Shown here in pieces: positions 25,033 through 37,531 of a stretch of 64,000 nt of DNA; positions within the stretch are counted from its first letter, which is position 1; the number at the start of each line of letters is the position of its first letter. Below the pieces are notes generated by a model. It had not been told where the DNA came from and ran no database searches. It saw only the letters and a list, made by a program, of their open reading frames with translations. The stretch is from Felis catus (lineage: Eukaryota): the NCBI RefSeq assembly GCF_018350175.1, contig NC_058368.1, positions 161,202,001 to 161,266,000 on the forward strand, read 5' to 3'. A program made the translations under genes and the position numbers.

Positions 25033-26734
25033 AATAACTTGAAATTCATATGATTGACTTATTTCTGGGTTGGGTTTATGGATAGAAAATATCTCCTTTC
25101 TTTGGGAATTTAAAATCAGTCTGGAACATGGGAACATCAACTTGGAACTCTATGAACTAGAGTGTTGTTGATGCGTGTAGTTCTCAAATTTCCTGTGCAT
25201 AGAAGCATAGGTGAGGTTTACTTTCCAGAATGCACCTGATTTTTTGTTTTAAATATCAAAAAATATATTGACTAATAGAGTAAGTCCTTCAAATGTACAC
25301 TTTCTAATTTGTAAAGTGTTGCCTTATTTTGGCTTCTCTAGACAGTGCCTCTTTTTAAGAAATTCAAATATACCTTCAAATGGACCATCTTTAAACTGCT
25401 ACAATTATGCTACATATGCTGAAACTTTAAAAAGCACCATTTGGAACTAATTTGAGTTATATTAATTCTTGGTGTTAGGTTGAGCATGGTAGCTCAATGA
25501 ATCTGACATGTTTTCATTAGATGAAAACTGTCTCCCTTTTGACATTATAGTGTTTAAGCCAGATTTATCAATTATACTTGACTTTGTAGAAGATTCCAAT
25601 AAATCAGTGCTGTAGCACATGTCAATTATTATACAGCAAGTCAATGAAGTGTCAAATTCAAAATCCTAGAGAAATTCAGGTCCCAGAAGATTAGAGAAGA
25701 CTTGAGATACTAAAACTTATCTAGTATCAGCATTAAAGTAGCAATCCTGAAACAATTCCCATAAAACTTATATTAGAATCTGAGGTTTCCTTTCAATATA
25801 TACACATAGTAAAGAAATAAGAATTTTTCATCTAATCATTTATGGCCTTTTAAATTTAACGAACCAAAGTGGAAACTTAATTATCATTCTAAGTTCCTTT
25901 TCTTTTTTCAATCCTGGATAAAGACAAGTTTTATAATTTTTATTTCCAAGATAAAGTTTTAGGTCTTCATATATTCTCAACCACATTTAATGTATTAAGA
26001 GATTGATTATATAATTTTGGATGTCTGTGTCACTTTGTTTTTGCACCTGACTTAACATTTGTTCCTGCCATCAAGTCAGATCCTTCTGATGTTTTCAAAC
26101 TCATCAACTTAGAGATTTTAACATGTTTCAGATCTATTTTTTATTATTAAAATTGGAGAGTATAATTCAGTATATTTAGTAAAGAAATAAATTTTACTCT
26201 CCACATTGCATTTCTAGGTTCAGCCATTTCAATGGGAATTTGAAAGATGAATTAGGGAATTGTAGCTGTTAATTGATCTGATTCTCTAATTAGCAGGATA
26301 GACATCTGGCCATTGATTTGTTTTCTTCCAAGAATTTTGGCTGTTGGATAACAGAAAGTACTCACTTGCTATGGGAATGGTGAACATCACATTTTGAAAG
26401 CTACTGCATTAGCAGTGTCGTAAGCAATTGTGTCAGAATAAATGTGGCCCTTTCACCTTGCCTGTGTTGCTTTGTGGAGGCCTGTCAGGCCTGGTTTACT
26501 AGCCCGAAAACTCAAGTCAAGGGGAGGCAACTAGAAGCAAGGCTGACACTTGTGTTGTAATTTTGTTTACAGTATTTATGCTTAGAGATGATTTTCCCAT
26601 TCAAAGATAAGAATCATTCAACTGTATTGCAATTATTTTATTTCTTTCTGTTTTAATATTAAATCCATCTAAAATAAATTTGTATAAATGGAGGAGAAAT
26701 TTATCATTTTTAAAAATTTTGTTGTGTGATCTTG

Positions 26735-27103
26735 GAATTTATTTTTTTAAGTTTTAATGTAAATTCCAGTTAGCTAACAAACACTGTAATATTAGTCTCA
26801 AGTGTACAATACAGTGATTCAGCACTTCCATACAACACCTGTTCTCATCATAAGTGTCCTCCTTAATCCCCATCACCTATTTTACCCATCCCCCCCAACT
26901 CCCATAACCATCAGTTTGTTCTCTATAGTTAAGAGTCTGTTTCTTGGTTTACCGATCTCTCTCTCTTTTATTTTTTCCCTTTGCTCATTTGTTTTGTTTA
27001 TTAAATTCCACAGATGAGTGAAATTATATGGTATTTATCTTACTCTAATTGACTTATTTTGGTTAGCATAATGTTCTATAGCTCCATCCATGTCTTTGCA
27101 AAA
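26735..27103 (-). mobile_element. Carnivore L1 3' end, 5'-truncated
   Basis: aaattccagttagctaacaaacactgtaatattagtctcaagtgtacaatacagtgattc L1 3' UTR terminus. Confidence 0.9.
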
Positions 27104-27944
27104 GGAGAGTTTTATCATTTTAGAATATCAATCATTGCCACTCTATGTACAGAACAATGTACCCTTTCTTTAAAGGATATTAATATGAATTGAATGGAAA
27201 TTTCTCTTATATACTATTAACATTTTGGCTAAACTCATGTCAGTATTTCTATATCTCATATTTCATTGTTAACAAATTTCAAAATATTTAAAATATTGTC
27301 ATTAAGGGACTGGAGTTTAATGGAGAGGCCTTTTGTTTTTAAAAATAAGTAAAGTCTTACTTACTATTCTATATATATTACTTTTCATGTAAAGTTGTTA
27401 TTGTATTTATTTTTTTAGTTTACTGTGAGCTTTTATTCTATTTTGGTATTTTTAGATTTTGGAAATAGTTTTTAAAACATTTAAAAAGATGAGATGGAAT
27501 TTATAACAGATTTCATTATATTGGCCCATTCTTGCATTCTATTTTACCACAGATTAGTCTGAAAATTTCTGTGAATTAGGTGTGACTAGGTTTTTTTTTT
27601 TAATGTGAGGTTATAAGACAAATCAATATTTTTATTTCATATCTTTTTTCAGATTTTTGTTCAGAGTTATACAAGTGTCATGGAAAGAACTGAAAGTGTT
27701 CACCCTCTTTCTGTTTTAGCAGAGAATTTGTGACAAGGAAAAGTGGTGCCTTAAAAGTTGTAAAATAAAAACTCACCTGTTAGGCTCTCTGGGCAGAGTC
27801 TTTGCATGAGCTATAAGATTCAGTAGTCTGAAACCCAAAGAGCATACAGTGATGAATTGGATATTTTTTCCCTCGAATCATATGTTTGAACCAAGTTCCA
27901 CACAGCCCAGATCCACACATCTCAGTCCTCTGAAAGGAGAGGAA

Positions 27945-28085
27945 GAGCAGGGAAGCATAATGGTTAAGGACAGTCTTTGGAATCAGACACATTAAAGTTT
28001 GAATGCCAGTTTTGATGTTAAAAACCTGATTTTACCTTCCTAACCCCCAGTTCACTCTATGTAAAATATAATAAAAATGCCTTGC
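27945..28085 (+). mobile_element. MIR SINE fragment
   Basis: gcataatggttaaggacagtctttggaatcagac head and cagttcactctatgtaaaat core. Confidence 0.6.
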
Positions 28086-28685
28086 GGTATACTTTTATAT
28101 TCAATTTATATTCAAATAGTACCTTACACGTCAAGGATTAGTGAAGGCTTTGTAGAGAAACTGTTTTGTTTTTTTGTGATCTTTTTAAAGAAATCCAAGA
28201 ATATCATGTTTCCACCTAATAGTTGATATAAAAATTAATTTGCCATCAAGTAATTCTTAAAAGAACTGAATTTCACTACGTTGTCAACCAATATATTTTA
28301 AATGCTTGGTTCACACACTTACAAAGGTCTCAAATATTTTTTAACCAAATATTGTCATTTCTGTACTGACTGAACTTCTCTGTATTAATCTAAGCTGCTC
28401 TTGTCACCAAAGAAAAATGGGTCATTAATCTTTTTATAATTTCTATTAACAAAATGGATATAGTCCTTTGAAATGAAAAGATACAATCCAAGTTCAATTT
28501 GGGATACTAAGGTACAGTTTCTCCTTTGAAAATTCCATATAAAAGAAGTTAAAGGAAATCAACAATGGTGTTGATACTGTTATATAAATATTGTATGTTG
28601 ACTGATGGCCATATAAATATTTGAGTGAACACATAAAAATTGGATAATTCCTATCTTGCCCTTGATATCTAAAATTTGTGCAAAG

Positions 28686-28761
28686 TTTTTGGGATGAGCA
28701 CTGGGTGTTGTATGGAAACCAATTTGACAATAAATTTCATATATTGAAAATAAAATAAAAT
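28686..28761 (+). mobile_element. Extremely 5'-truncated feline L1 (76 nt)
   Basis: Matches the last ~64 nt of the full-length L1 plus an (AAAAT)n tail; TSD aaaattt(g/a)tgcaaag at 28671-28685 and 28762-28776. Confidence 0.95.
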
Positions 28762-28799
28762 AAAATTTATGCAAAGCATTCTCACAAATGAGAAAGGAA

Positions 28800-29850
28800 A
28801 TAAAAAAATGGTCAAAATATGAATGTATAATTAATAGAAAGGCAATCCAATATCTACATGAAGTGATATTCAAACTCAGTAGTAACTTAAAAAATTAAAA
28901 CCATAATGAAATATAGCTTAATACGCATCATTTTTCCCAATATTAGAATAACATGAATAACATGAAGTGCCAGCAAATATAGGAAAAGGTAGGAATCTTC
29001 ATGCATTGCAGGCAGTAGTGTAAATGACTCAACAGTAGATGTGTTATTTAGCAGATTTCAGTGAAAGGTAGTGTTGCACTTCCACTTCTAGACTGTCATA
29101 TTGCAACACTGGCAACAGTGCAAAATGGACCATGAACAAAAATATCCATCCTATTATAGTTTTGATAGTAAGGAGATATAAGCAACCTAATTGTAGCAGA
29201 TGCTACTGATGTCCTGACCATCTTCTCTTTGTAGGACTTGTGTACCCATCCCACAACTCCCATGGGTATTGGTCACTAAAAACTTCACACCTGCACCTTT
29301 CTTCAGAGGATCAACGTTGGTTGACAGAAGTTTCCAACCCAGGAGGTGCCTACACGGTTTCCAAACTCACCTTTCCACTCTTTTTCTCTATCTAGTTCTG
29401 TTTCAAAGCCATCCATTAACCTATGAGTAATGGATTGATGTGGACATAAATAATCCAAATTCTTTGCCTCTGGGCAGGGCAACCTCTGAAGTATAATTCA
29501 CATTCAAGAGCCCCTTAGGATCAGGCTAGATGAGTCCTGAAACCACTTTTCTACCTGCTTTCCTCACTACCTTACAAGTTTCTCCTAGGAGAACTCCCTC
29601 AATAAATGACACACAAAAATTTTCATCCCAAACTCTGCTTGTTGGAAACTTGCAATAAGAAGCTATTGTATCTGTTAGAAGAAGAATGCTTAACTGAAAT
29701 ATATAATGTGATGATGGATTACTCCACAGTGGTAAAAAGAAATGAATCTACCTACATAAACCAACATGAGTAATTTGCAAAAACATAATATTAGGCCAAA
29801 AAACAAAGAAAAAAAGTACAGCCAATACCATCGATGTAAAACAGGCATGA
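28800..29850 (+). mobile_element. Ancient L1ME-type 3' fragment, split by an LTR
   Basis: Degenerate L1 motifs (aagcaacctaa; aaagaaatgaatctacctacataaaccaacatgag) on both sides of the LTR. Confidence 0.55.
29192..29662 (+). mobile_element. ERV-L solo LTR (LTR16-like)
   Basis: tgtagcagatgct start, gagaactccctcaataaatgac poly(A) region, 5-bp TSD ctaat / ctatt. Confidence 0.75.
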
Positions 29851-30399
29851 AAATATTATCAGTTTCTAATTAATTATTTGCAATCAAGAAAAATGGTGTA
29901 TAAAAGCTGAGTTGAAGGTGGAAGACAGAGGAGAGATACAAAATAATGACAATTGTGCATGGGTCAGTGCTAAAAATGACTATGAACTGAGGAGTTTTCT
30001 ACATGAATTTCATGACTGTCAAAAACAGTAACAAAATTAACAAAATGACATTAACAAAATGACAACAACACGCTGGGTGCTTAATGCAAATTCTTACTTC
30101 CTAACTGGTAGCTCATTTATTTTTCTTTTCCTGATTAATGAATAAAAGTATATCTGAAAACATTCTTCAGTATGACACAGTGCTTTCCATCCTAATCCAA
30201 CTTACTTTGAGAGTACACACATATAAAAAAGATACTCAATTATTAATGATTTTCTAAATTGTAATATATTTCCTTTCTATTATTTCTACCTGCTCCCTGC
30301 TTTAGTAATCCCTTCTTTGGTAACTTTTTAGATTAGTGTAAATATATATTAACTGAGTTTCTTGACACATTATTGGATGAGTGGCATAGATGATTTTGA

Positions 30400-30561
30400 G
30401 GGGCGCCTGCGTGGCTCAGTCAGTTAGTGTCCGACTTCCGCTCAGGTCATGATATCACGGTTCGTACATTCACCCACGTGGGGCTCTGTGCTGACAGCTC
30501 AGAGCCTGGAGCCTGCCTCAGATTCTGGGTCTCCCTCTTTCTCTCTCCCCTTCCACTGCTT

Positions 30562-30614
<53 letters not shown>

Positions 30615-30635
30615 AAAAAATAAGCATTAAAAAAA
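30400..30635 (+). mobile_element. CAN-SINE (feline type)
   Basis: TSD agatgattttga / agatgactttga; long (CT)n tract. Confidence 0.96.
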
Positions 30636-31137
30636 AGATGACTTTGAATGCTACAGCTGATATTTTTACATATAAAAACATAACTTTGCATACTTTGCCC
30701 AAGACTATTCACTGATAAATTATCTCTACACAACACTGTACTATTTGGCTGCAATAAAGAATTTCACCAATGTATCTGCAATAAAACGTTCAGGATAATA
30801 TTATATTTAAATGTTTACATTTTGAAAGCTATTGACAAAAACTTTGGATGCAGAAAACTTCAATAAAATATTAATAATTTTGTAAATACGGCTCCAGAAA
30901 TTCTTTTTTTTCAATATATGAAATTTATTGTCAAATTGGTTTCCATACAACACCCAGTGCTCATCCCAAAAGGTGCCCTCCTCAATACCCATCACCCACC
31001 CCCTCCTCCCTCCCACCCCCCATCAACCCTCAGTTTGTTCTCAGTTTTTAACAGTCTCTTATGCTTTGGCTCTCTCCCACTCTAACCTCTTTTTTTTTTT
31101 TTTCCTTCCTCTCCCCCATGGGTTTATGTTAAGTATC

Positions 31138-34100
31138 TCAGGATCCACATAAGAGTGAAAACATATGGTATCTGTCTTTCTCTGTATGGTTTATTTCACT
31201 TAGCATAACACTCTCCAGTTCCATCCACGTTGCTACAAAGGGCCATATTTCATTCTTTCTCATTGCCACGTAGTACTCCATTGTGTATATAAACCACAAT
31301 TTCTTTATCCATTCATCAGTTGATGGACATTTAGGCTCTTTGCATCATTTGGCTATTGTTGAGAGTGCTGCTGTAAACATTGGGGTACAAGTGTCCCTAT
31401 GCATCAGTACTCCTGTATCCCTTGGGTAAATTCCTAGCAGTGCTACTGCTGGATCATAGGGTAGGTCTGTTTTTAATTTTTTGAGGAACCTCCACGCCGT
31501 TTTCCAGAGTGGCTGCACCAATTTGCATTACCACCACAGTGCAAGAGGGCTCCCGATTCTCCACATGCTGTCCAGCATCTATAGTATCCTGATTTGTTCA
31601 TTTTGGCCACTCTGACTGGTGTGAGGTGATATCTGAGTGTGCTTTTGATTTGTATTTGCCAGATGAGGAACGACGTTGAGCATCTTTTCATGTGCCTATT
31701 GGCCATCCGGATGTCTTCTTTAGAGAAGTGTCTATTCATGTTTTCTGCCCACTTCTTCACTGGATTATTTGTTTTTCGGGTGTGGAGTTGGGTGAGCTCT
31801 TTATACATTTTGGATACTAGCCCTTTGTCCGATATGTCATTTGCAAATATCTTTTCCCATTCCGTTAGTTGCCTTTTACTTTTGTTGGTTGTTTCCTTTG
31901 CTGTGCAGAAGCTTTTTATCTTCATGAGGTCCCAATAGTCCATTTTTGCTTTTAATTCCCTTGCCTTTGGGGATGTGTCAAGTAAGAAATTGCTACGACT
32001 GAGGTGAGAGAGATCTTTTCCTGCTTTCTCCTCAGGGTTTTGATGGTTTCCTGTCTCACATTCAGGTCCTTTATCCATTTTGAGTTTGTTTTTGTGAGTT
32101 GTGTGAGAAAGTGGTCTAGTTTCAACCTTCTGCATGTTGCTGTCCAGTTCTCCCAGCACCATTTGTTAAAGAGACTGTCTTTTTTCCATTGGATGTTCTT
32201 TCCTTCTTTGTCAAAGATTAGTTGGCCATAGGTTTGTGGGTATAGTTCTGGGGTTCCTATTCTATTCCATTGGTCTATGTGTCTGTTTTTGTGCCAATAC
32301 CATGCTGTCTTGATGATGACAGCTTTGTAGTAGAGGCTAAAGTCTGGGATTGTGATGTCTCCTGCTTTGATCTTCTTCAAAATTACTTTGGCTATGCGGG
32401 GCCTTTTGTGGTTCCATATGAATTTTAGGATTGCTTCTTCTAGTTTCGAGAAGAATGCTGGTGCAATTTTGATTGGGATTGCATTGAATATGTAGATAGC
32501 TTTGGGTAGTATTGACATTTTGGCAATATTTTTTCTTCCAATCCATGAGCACAGAATGTTTCCCATTTCTTTATATCCTCTTCAATTTCCTTCATAAGCT
32601 TTCTATAGTTTTCAGCATACAGATCTTTTACATCTTTGGTTAGATTTATCCCTAGGTATTTTATGCTTCTTGGTGCAATTGTGAATGGGATCAGTTTCTT
32701 TATTTGTCTTCCTGTTGCTTCATTATTAGTGTATAAGAATGCAACTGATTCCTGTACACTGATTTTGTATCCTGCGACTTTGCTAAATTCATGTATCAGT
32801 TCTAGCAGACTTTTGGTGGAGTCTATCAGATTTTCCATGTATAATATCATCTCATCTGCAAAAAGTGAAATCTTGACTTCATATTTGCCAAGATTGATGC
32901 CTTTGATTTCCTGTTGTTGTCTGATTGCTGATGCTAGAACTTCCAACACTATGTTAAACAACAGCGGTGAGAGTGGACATCCCTGTCGTGTTCATGATCT
33001 CAGGGAAAAAGTTCTCAGTTTTTCCCCATTGAGAAAGATGTTAGCTGTGGGCTTTTCATAAATGGCTTTATGATCTTTAAGTATGATCCTTCTATCCCGA
33101 CTTTCTCGAGGGTTTTTATTAACAAAGGATGCTTAATTTTGTCAAAGACCTTTTCTGCATTGATTGACAGGATCATATGGTTCTTTTCTTTTATTAATGT
33201 GGTGTATCACGTTGATTGATTTGCAAATGTTGAACCAGCCCTGCATCCCAGGAATGAATCCCACTTGATCATGGTGGATAATTCTTTTTATATGCTGTTG
33301 AATTCGATTTGCTAGTATCTTATTGAGAATTTTTGCATCCATATTCATCAGGGATATTGGCCTGTAGTTCTCTTTTTTTACTGGGTCTCTGTCTTGTTTA
33401 GGAATCAAAGTAATACTGGATTCATAGAATTAGTCTGGAAGTTTTCCTTCCCATTCTATTTTTTGGTATAGCTTGAGAAGGATAGGTATTATCTCTGCTT
33501 TAAACATCTGGTAGAACTCCCCTGGGAAGCCATCTGGTCCTGGTCTCTTATTTGTTGGGAGATTTTTGAAAACTGATTTAATTTCTTCCCTGGTTATGGG
33601 TCTGTTCGAGCTTTCTATTTCCTCCTGATTGAGTTTTGGAAGTGTGTGCCTGTTTAGGAATTTTTCCATTTCTTCCAGGTTGTCCAATTTGTTGGCATAT
33701 AATTTTTCATAGTATTCCCTGATAATTGTTTGTATCTCTGAGGGATTGGTTGTAATAATTCCATTTTCATTCATGATTTTATCTATTGGGTCATCTCCCT
33801 TCTCTTTTTGAGAGGCCTGGCTAGAGGTTTATCAATTTTGTTTATTTTTTCAAAAAACCAACTCTTGGTTTCGTTGATCTGCTCTACAATTTTTTTAGAT
33901 TCCATATTGTTTATTTCTACTCTGATCTTTATTATTTCTCTTCTTCTGCTGGGTTTAGGCTGTCTTTGCTGTTCTGCTTCTAGTTCCTTTAGGTGTGCTG
34001 TTAGATTTTGTATTTGGGATTTTTCTTGTTTCTTGAGATAGGCCTGGATTGCAATGTATTTTCCTCTCAAGACTGCCTTCGTTGCATCCCAAAGTGTTTG

Positions 34101-34919
34101 GATTATTGTATTTTCATTTTCGTTTGTTTCCATATATTTTTTAATTTCTTCTCTAATTGCCTGGTTGACTCATTCATTCTTTAGTAGGGTGTTCTTTAAC
34201 CTCCATGCTTTGGAGGTTTTCCAGACTTTTTCCTGTGGTTGATTTCAAGTTTCATAGCATTGTGGTCTGAAAGTATGCATGGTATGATCTCAATTCTTGT
34301 ATTCTTATGAAGGGCTGTTTTGTGACCTAGTATGTGATATCTTGGAGAATGTTCCATGTGCACTCGAGAATGAAATATATTCTGTTGCTTTGGGATGCAG
34401 AGCTCTAAATATATCATTCAGGGCCCTTGTTTCTTTATTGACCATGTGTCTAGATGATCTATCCATTTCTGTAAGTGGAGTGTTAAAGTCCCCTGAAATT
34501 ACCACATTCGTACCAATAAGGTTGCTTATGTTTGTGTTTAATTGTTTTATATATTTGGGGGCTCCCGTATTCGGTGCATAGACATTTATAATTGTTAGCT
34601 CTTTCTGATGGATAGACCCTGTAATTATTATATAATGCCCTTCTTCATCTCTTGTTACAGCCTTTAATTTAAAGTCTAGTTTGTCTGATATAAGTATGGC
34701 TACTCCAGCTTTCTTTTCACTTCCAGTAACATGATAAATAGTTCTCCATCCCTTCACTCTCAATCTGAAGGTGTCCTCAGGTCTAAAATGAATCTCTTGC
34801 AGACAGCAAATAGATAGGTCTTGTTTTTTTATCCATTCTGATACCCTATGTCTTCTGGTTGGCGCATTTAGTCCATTCACGTTCAGTGTTATTATAGAAA
34901 GATATGGGTTTAGAGTCAT
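31138..34919 (-). pseudogene. L1 ORF2p (endonuclease / reverse transcriptase), disrupted
   Basis: Fragments [69 protein letters not shown] in several frames with stops and frameshifts. Confidence 0.96.
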
Positions 34920-34969
34920 TGTGATGTCTATAGGTTTCATACTTGTAGCGATGTCTCTGGTACTTTGTC

Positions 34970-36094
34970 TCACAGGATCCCCCTTAGGATCTCTTGTAGG
35001 GCTGGTTTAATGGTGACGAATTCCTTCAGTTTTTGTTTGTTAGGGAAGACCTTTATGTCTCCTTCTATTCTAAATGACAGACTTGCTGGATAAAGGATTC
35101 TTGGCTGTATATTTTTTCTATTTATCACATTGAATATTTCCTGCCATTCCTTTCTGGCCTGCCAAGTTTCAGTAGAGAGATTGGTCACGAGTCTTATCGG
35201 TCTCCCTGTATATGTTAGAGCACGTTTATCCCTAGCTGCTTTCAGAATTTTCTCTTTATCCTTGTATTTTTCTAGTTTCACTATGATATGTCATGCAGAA
35301 GATTGATTCAAGTTACGTCTGAAAGTTCTCTGTGCCTCTTGGATTTCAATGCCTTTTCCTTCCCCATATCAGGGAAGTTCTCAGCTATTATTTCTTCAAG
35401 TACACCTTCAGCACCTTTCCTTCTCTCTTCCTCCTCTGGGATACCAATTATGAGTATATTATTTCTTTTTAGTGCATCACTTAGTTGTCTAATTTTCCCT
35501 TCATACTCCTGGATTTTTTTATCTCTCTTTTTTTATCCAGCTTCCTCTTTTTCTATAATTTTTTTTCAATTTTTTTAACGTTTATTTATTTTTGAGACGG
35601 AGACAGACAGAGCATGAACAGGGGAGGGGCAGAGAGAGAGGGAGACACAGAATCTGAAACAGGCTCCAGGCTCTGAGCTGTCAGCACAGAGCCCGACGCA
35701 GGGCTGGAACTCACAGACCGTGATCATGACCTGAGCTGAAGTTGGCTGCTTAACCAACTGAGCCACCCAGGTGCCCCTCTTTTTCCATAATTTTATCTTC
35801 TAGTTCACCTATTCTCTCCTCTGCCTCTTCAATCCGAGCCGTGGTTGTCTCCATTTTATTTTTCAGTTCATTTATAGCATTTTTTAGCTCCTCCTGACCG
35901 TTCCTTAGTCCCTTGATCTCTGTAGCAATAGATTCTCTGCTGTCCTTTATACTGTTTTCAAGCCCAGCGATTAATTTTATGACTATTATTCTAAATTCAC
36001 TTTTTGTTATATTGTTTAAATCATTTTTGATCAGTTCATTAGGTGTTGTTATTTCCTGGACGTTTTTCTGAGGGGAATTCTTCCGTTTGGTCAT
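34970..36094 (-). pseudogene. L1 ORF1p, interrupted by a SINE
   Basis: ATG at 36094 (MTKRKNSPQK), coiled-coil region, C-terminal PRILYPASLSFRIEG...LQEILRGIL stop; SINE at 35563-35775. Confidence 0.95.
35563..35775 (-). mobile_element. CAN-SINE (feline type) inserted in L1 ORF1
   Basis: TSD cctctttttc(t/c)ataatttt at 35544-35562 and 35776-35794. Confidence 0.97.
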
Positions 36095-37015
36095 TTTGGA
36101 TAGTCCCTGGAGTGATGCGGACCTGCAGGGCACTTCCCCTGTGCTGTCTTGAATAACTTGCGTTGGTGGGTGGGGCCGCAATCAGACCTGATGTCTGCCC
36201 CCAGCCCACTGCTGGGGCCACCGTCAGACTGGTGTGTGCCTTCTCTTCCCCTCTCCTAGGGGCAGGATTCACTCTGGGGTGGCGTGGCCTGTCTGGGCTA
36301 CTTGCACACTGCCAGGCTTGTGGTGCTGGGGATCTGGCATATTAGCTGGGGTAGATAGGCAGTGTGCACAGGGGCGGGAGGGGCAGGCTCAGCTCACTTT
36401 TCCTTCAGAGATCCGCTTCGGGAGGGACCCTGTGGTACCAGGAGGGAGTCCGTCCCGCCGGAGGGATGGATCCGCAGAAGCACACCGTTGGGTGTTTGCG
36501 GGGTGCAAGCAAGTTCCCTGGCAGGAACTGATTCCCTTTGGGATTTTGGCTGGGGGAGGGGAGAGGGAGATGGCACTGGCCAGCGCCTTTGTTCCCTGCC
36601 AAGCTGAGCTCTGTCATCCGGGGCTCAACAACTCTCCCTCCTGTTGTCCTCCAGCCCTCCCACTCTCCCAGCAGAGCTGTTAACTTATAACCTTCCAGAT
36701 GTTAAGTCCCACTTGTTGTCAGAACACACTCTATCTGGCCCCTCCGCTTTTGCAAGCCAGACTCGGGGCCTCTGCTTGGCCAGCGGGCTGCCCTTCTGCC
36801 CTGGCTCCCTCCCGCCAGTCCATGGAGCACGCACTGCCTCTCCACCCTTCCTACCCTCTTCCGTGGTCCTCTCGTCTGCACTTGGCTCCAGAGAATCCGT
36901 TCTGCTAGTCTTCTGGCGGTTTTCTGGGTTATTTAGGCAGGTGTAGGTGGAAAATAAGTGATCTGCAGGACGTGGTGAGCCCAGCATCCTCCTACACCGT
37001 CATCTTCCCAAGTCA
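36095..37015 (-). promoter_or_regulatory. L1 5' UTR internal promoter region (GC/CpG-rich)
   Basis: Most GC-rich segment of the window; begins tgacttgggaagatgacggtgtaggagg. Internal promoter activity of L1 5' UTRs is established, but activity of this copy is unknown. Confidence 0.75.
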
Positions 37016-37426
37016 CCAGAAATTCTATAAAGGAGGACAACAAGTCAATTTTAAAGGGAAGATTTTAAAGTGTTTTATAACTCTTTAGGTTATATTGAGA
37101 AAATTCGTATTCTCTTTCAAACAAATGAGTACGAAAAGTGTCAGCTGATCTAGAACACAAGCAAGAGATGAGACAATGTGGAAAGATAATTCATCACTAA
37201 TATTGTTAGGTTTTGATTGTGTGCATGCATACTCTCTTTTTCTTAAGAAGAAAATACCTTCCTTTGTAATTTATTATTCAACTTTGTACAGCAATACTCA
37301 ATCCTAATATAAATTATGAGATATGATTAGGGTGAAATGAAAGTGATTTACTCGTACATAAGTGGGGACACATAAAAGGAATACAATTTTTGGCTATTGT
37401 AATGCAAGAAACATTCTATATCATTT

Positions 37427-37531
37427 CATTTTTATTTTTTAAGTTTTTATTTAAATTCCAGTTAGTTAACGTATAGTATAATATTGGTTTCAGTAGTACT
37501 TGGTGATTCATCACTCACATATAACACCCAG
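37427..37531 (-). mobile_element. Carnivore L1 3' end, short
   Basis: aaattccagttagttaacgtatagtataatattggtttcag; TSD tcta(t/c)atcattt. Confidence 0.9.

Larger units (their letters stand above)
30905..37015 (-). mobile_element. Full-length feline-type LINE-1, inactivated
   Basis: GC-rich 5' UTR, ORF1, ORF2 (EN, RT, C-terminal domain), 3' UTR and poly(A); perfect 11-bp TSD ccagaaattct at 30894-30904 and 37016-37026. Confidence 0.98.

Noticed and set aside
36234..36683. 149-aa antisense ORF in the L1 5' UTR (possible ORF0 analogue)
   Set aside because: Starts at GTG, lies in GC-rich stop-poor sequence, and I see no similarity to primate ORF0.
36685..36987. 100-aa upstream ORF in the L1 5' UTR
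   Set aside because: The ATG is plausibly a CpG-decay product, and long ORFs are expected by chance in GC-rich DNA.
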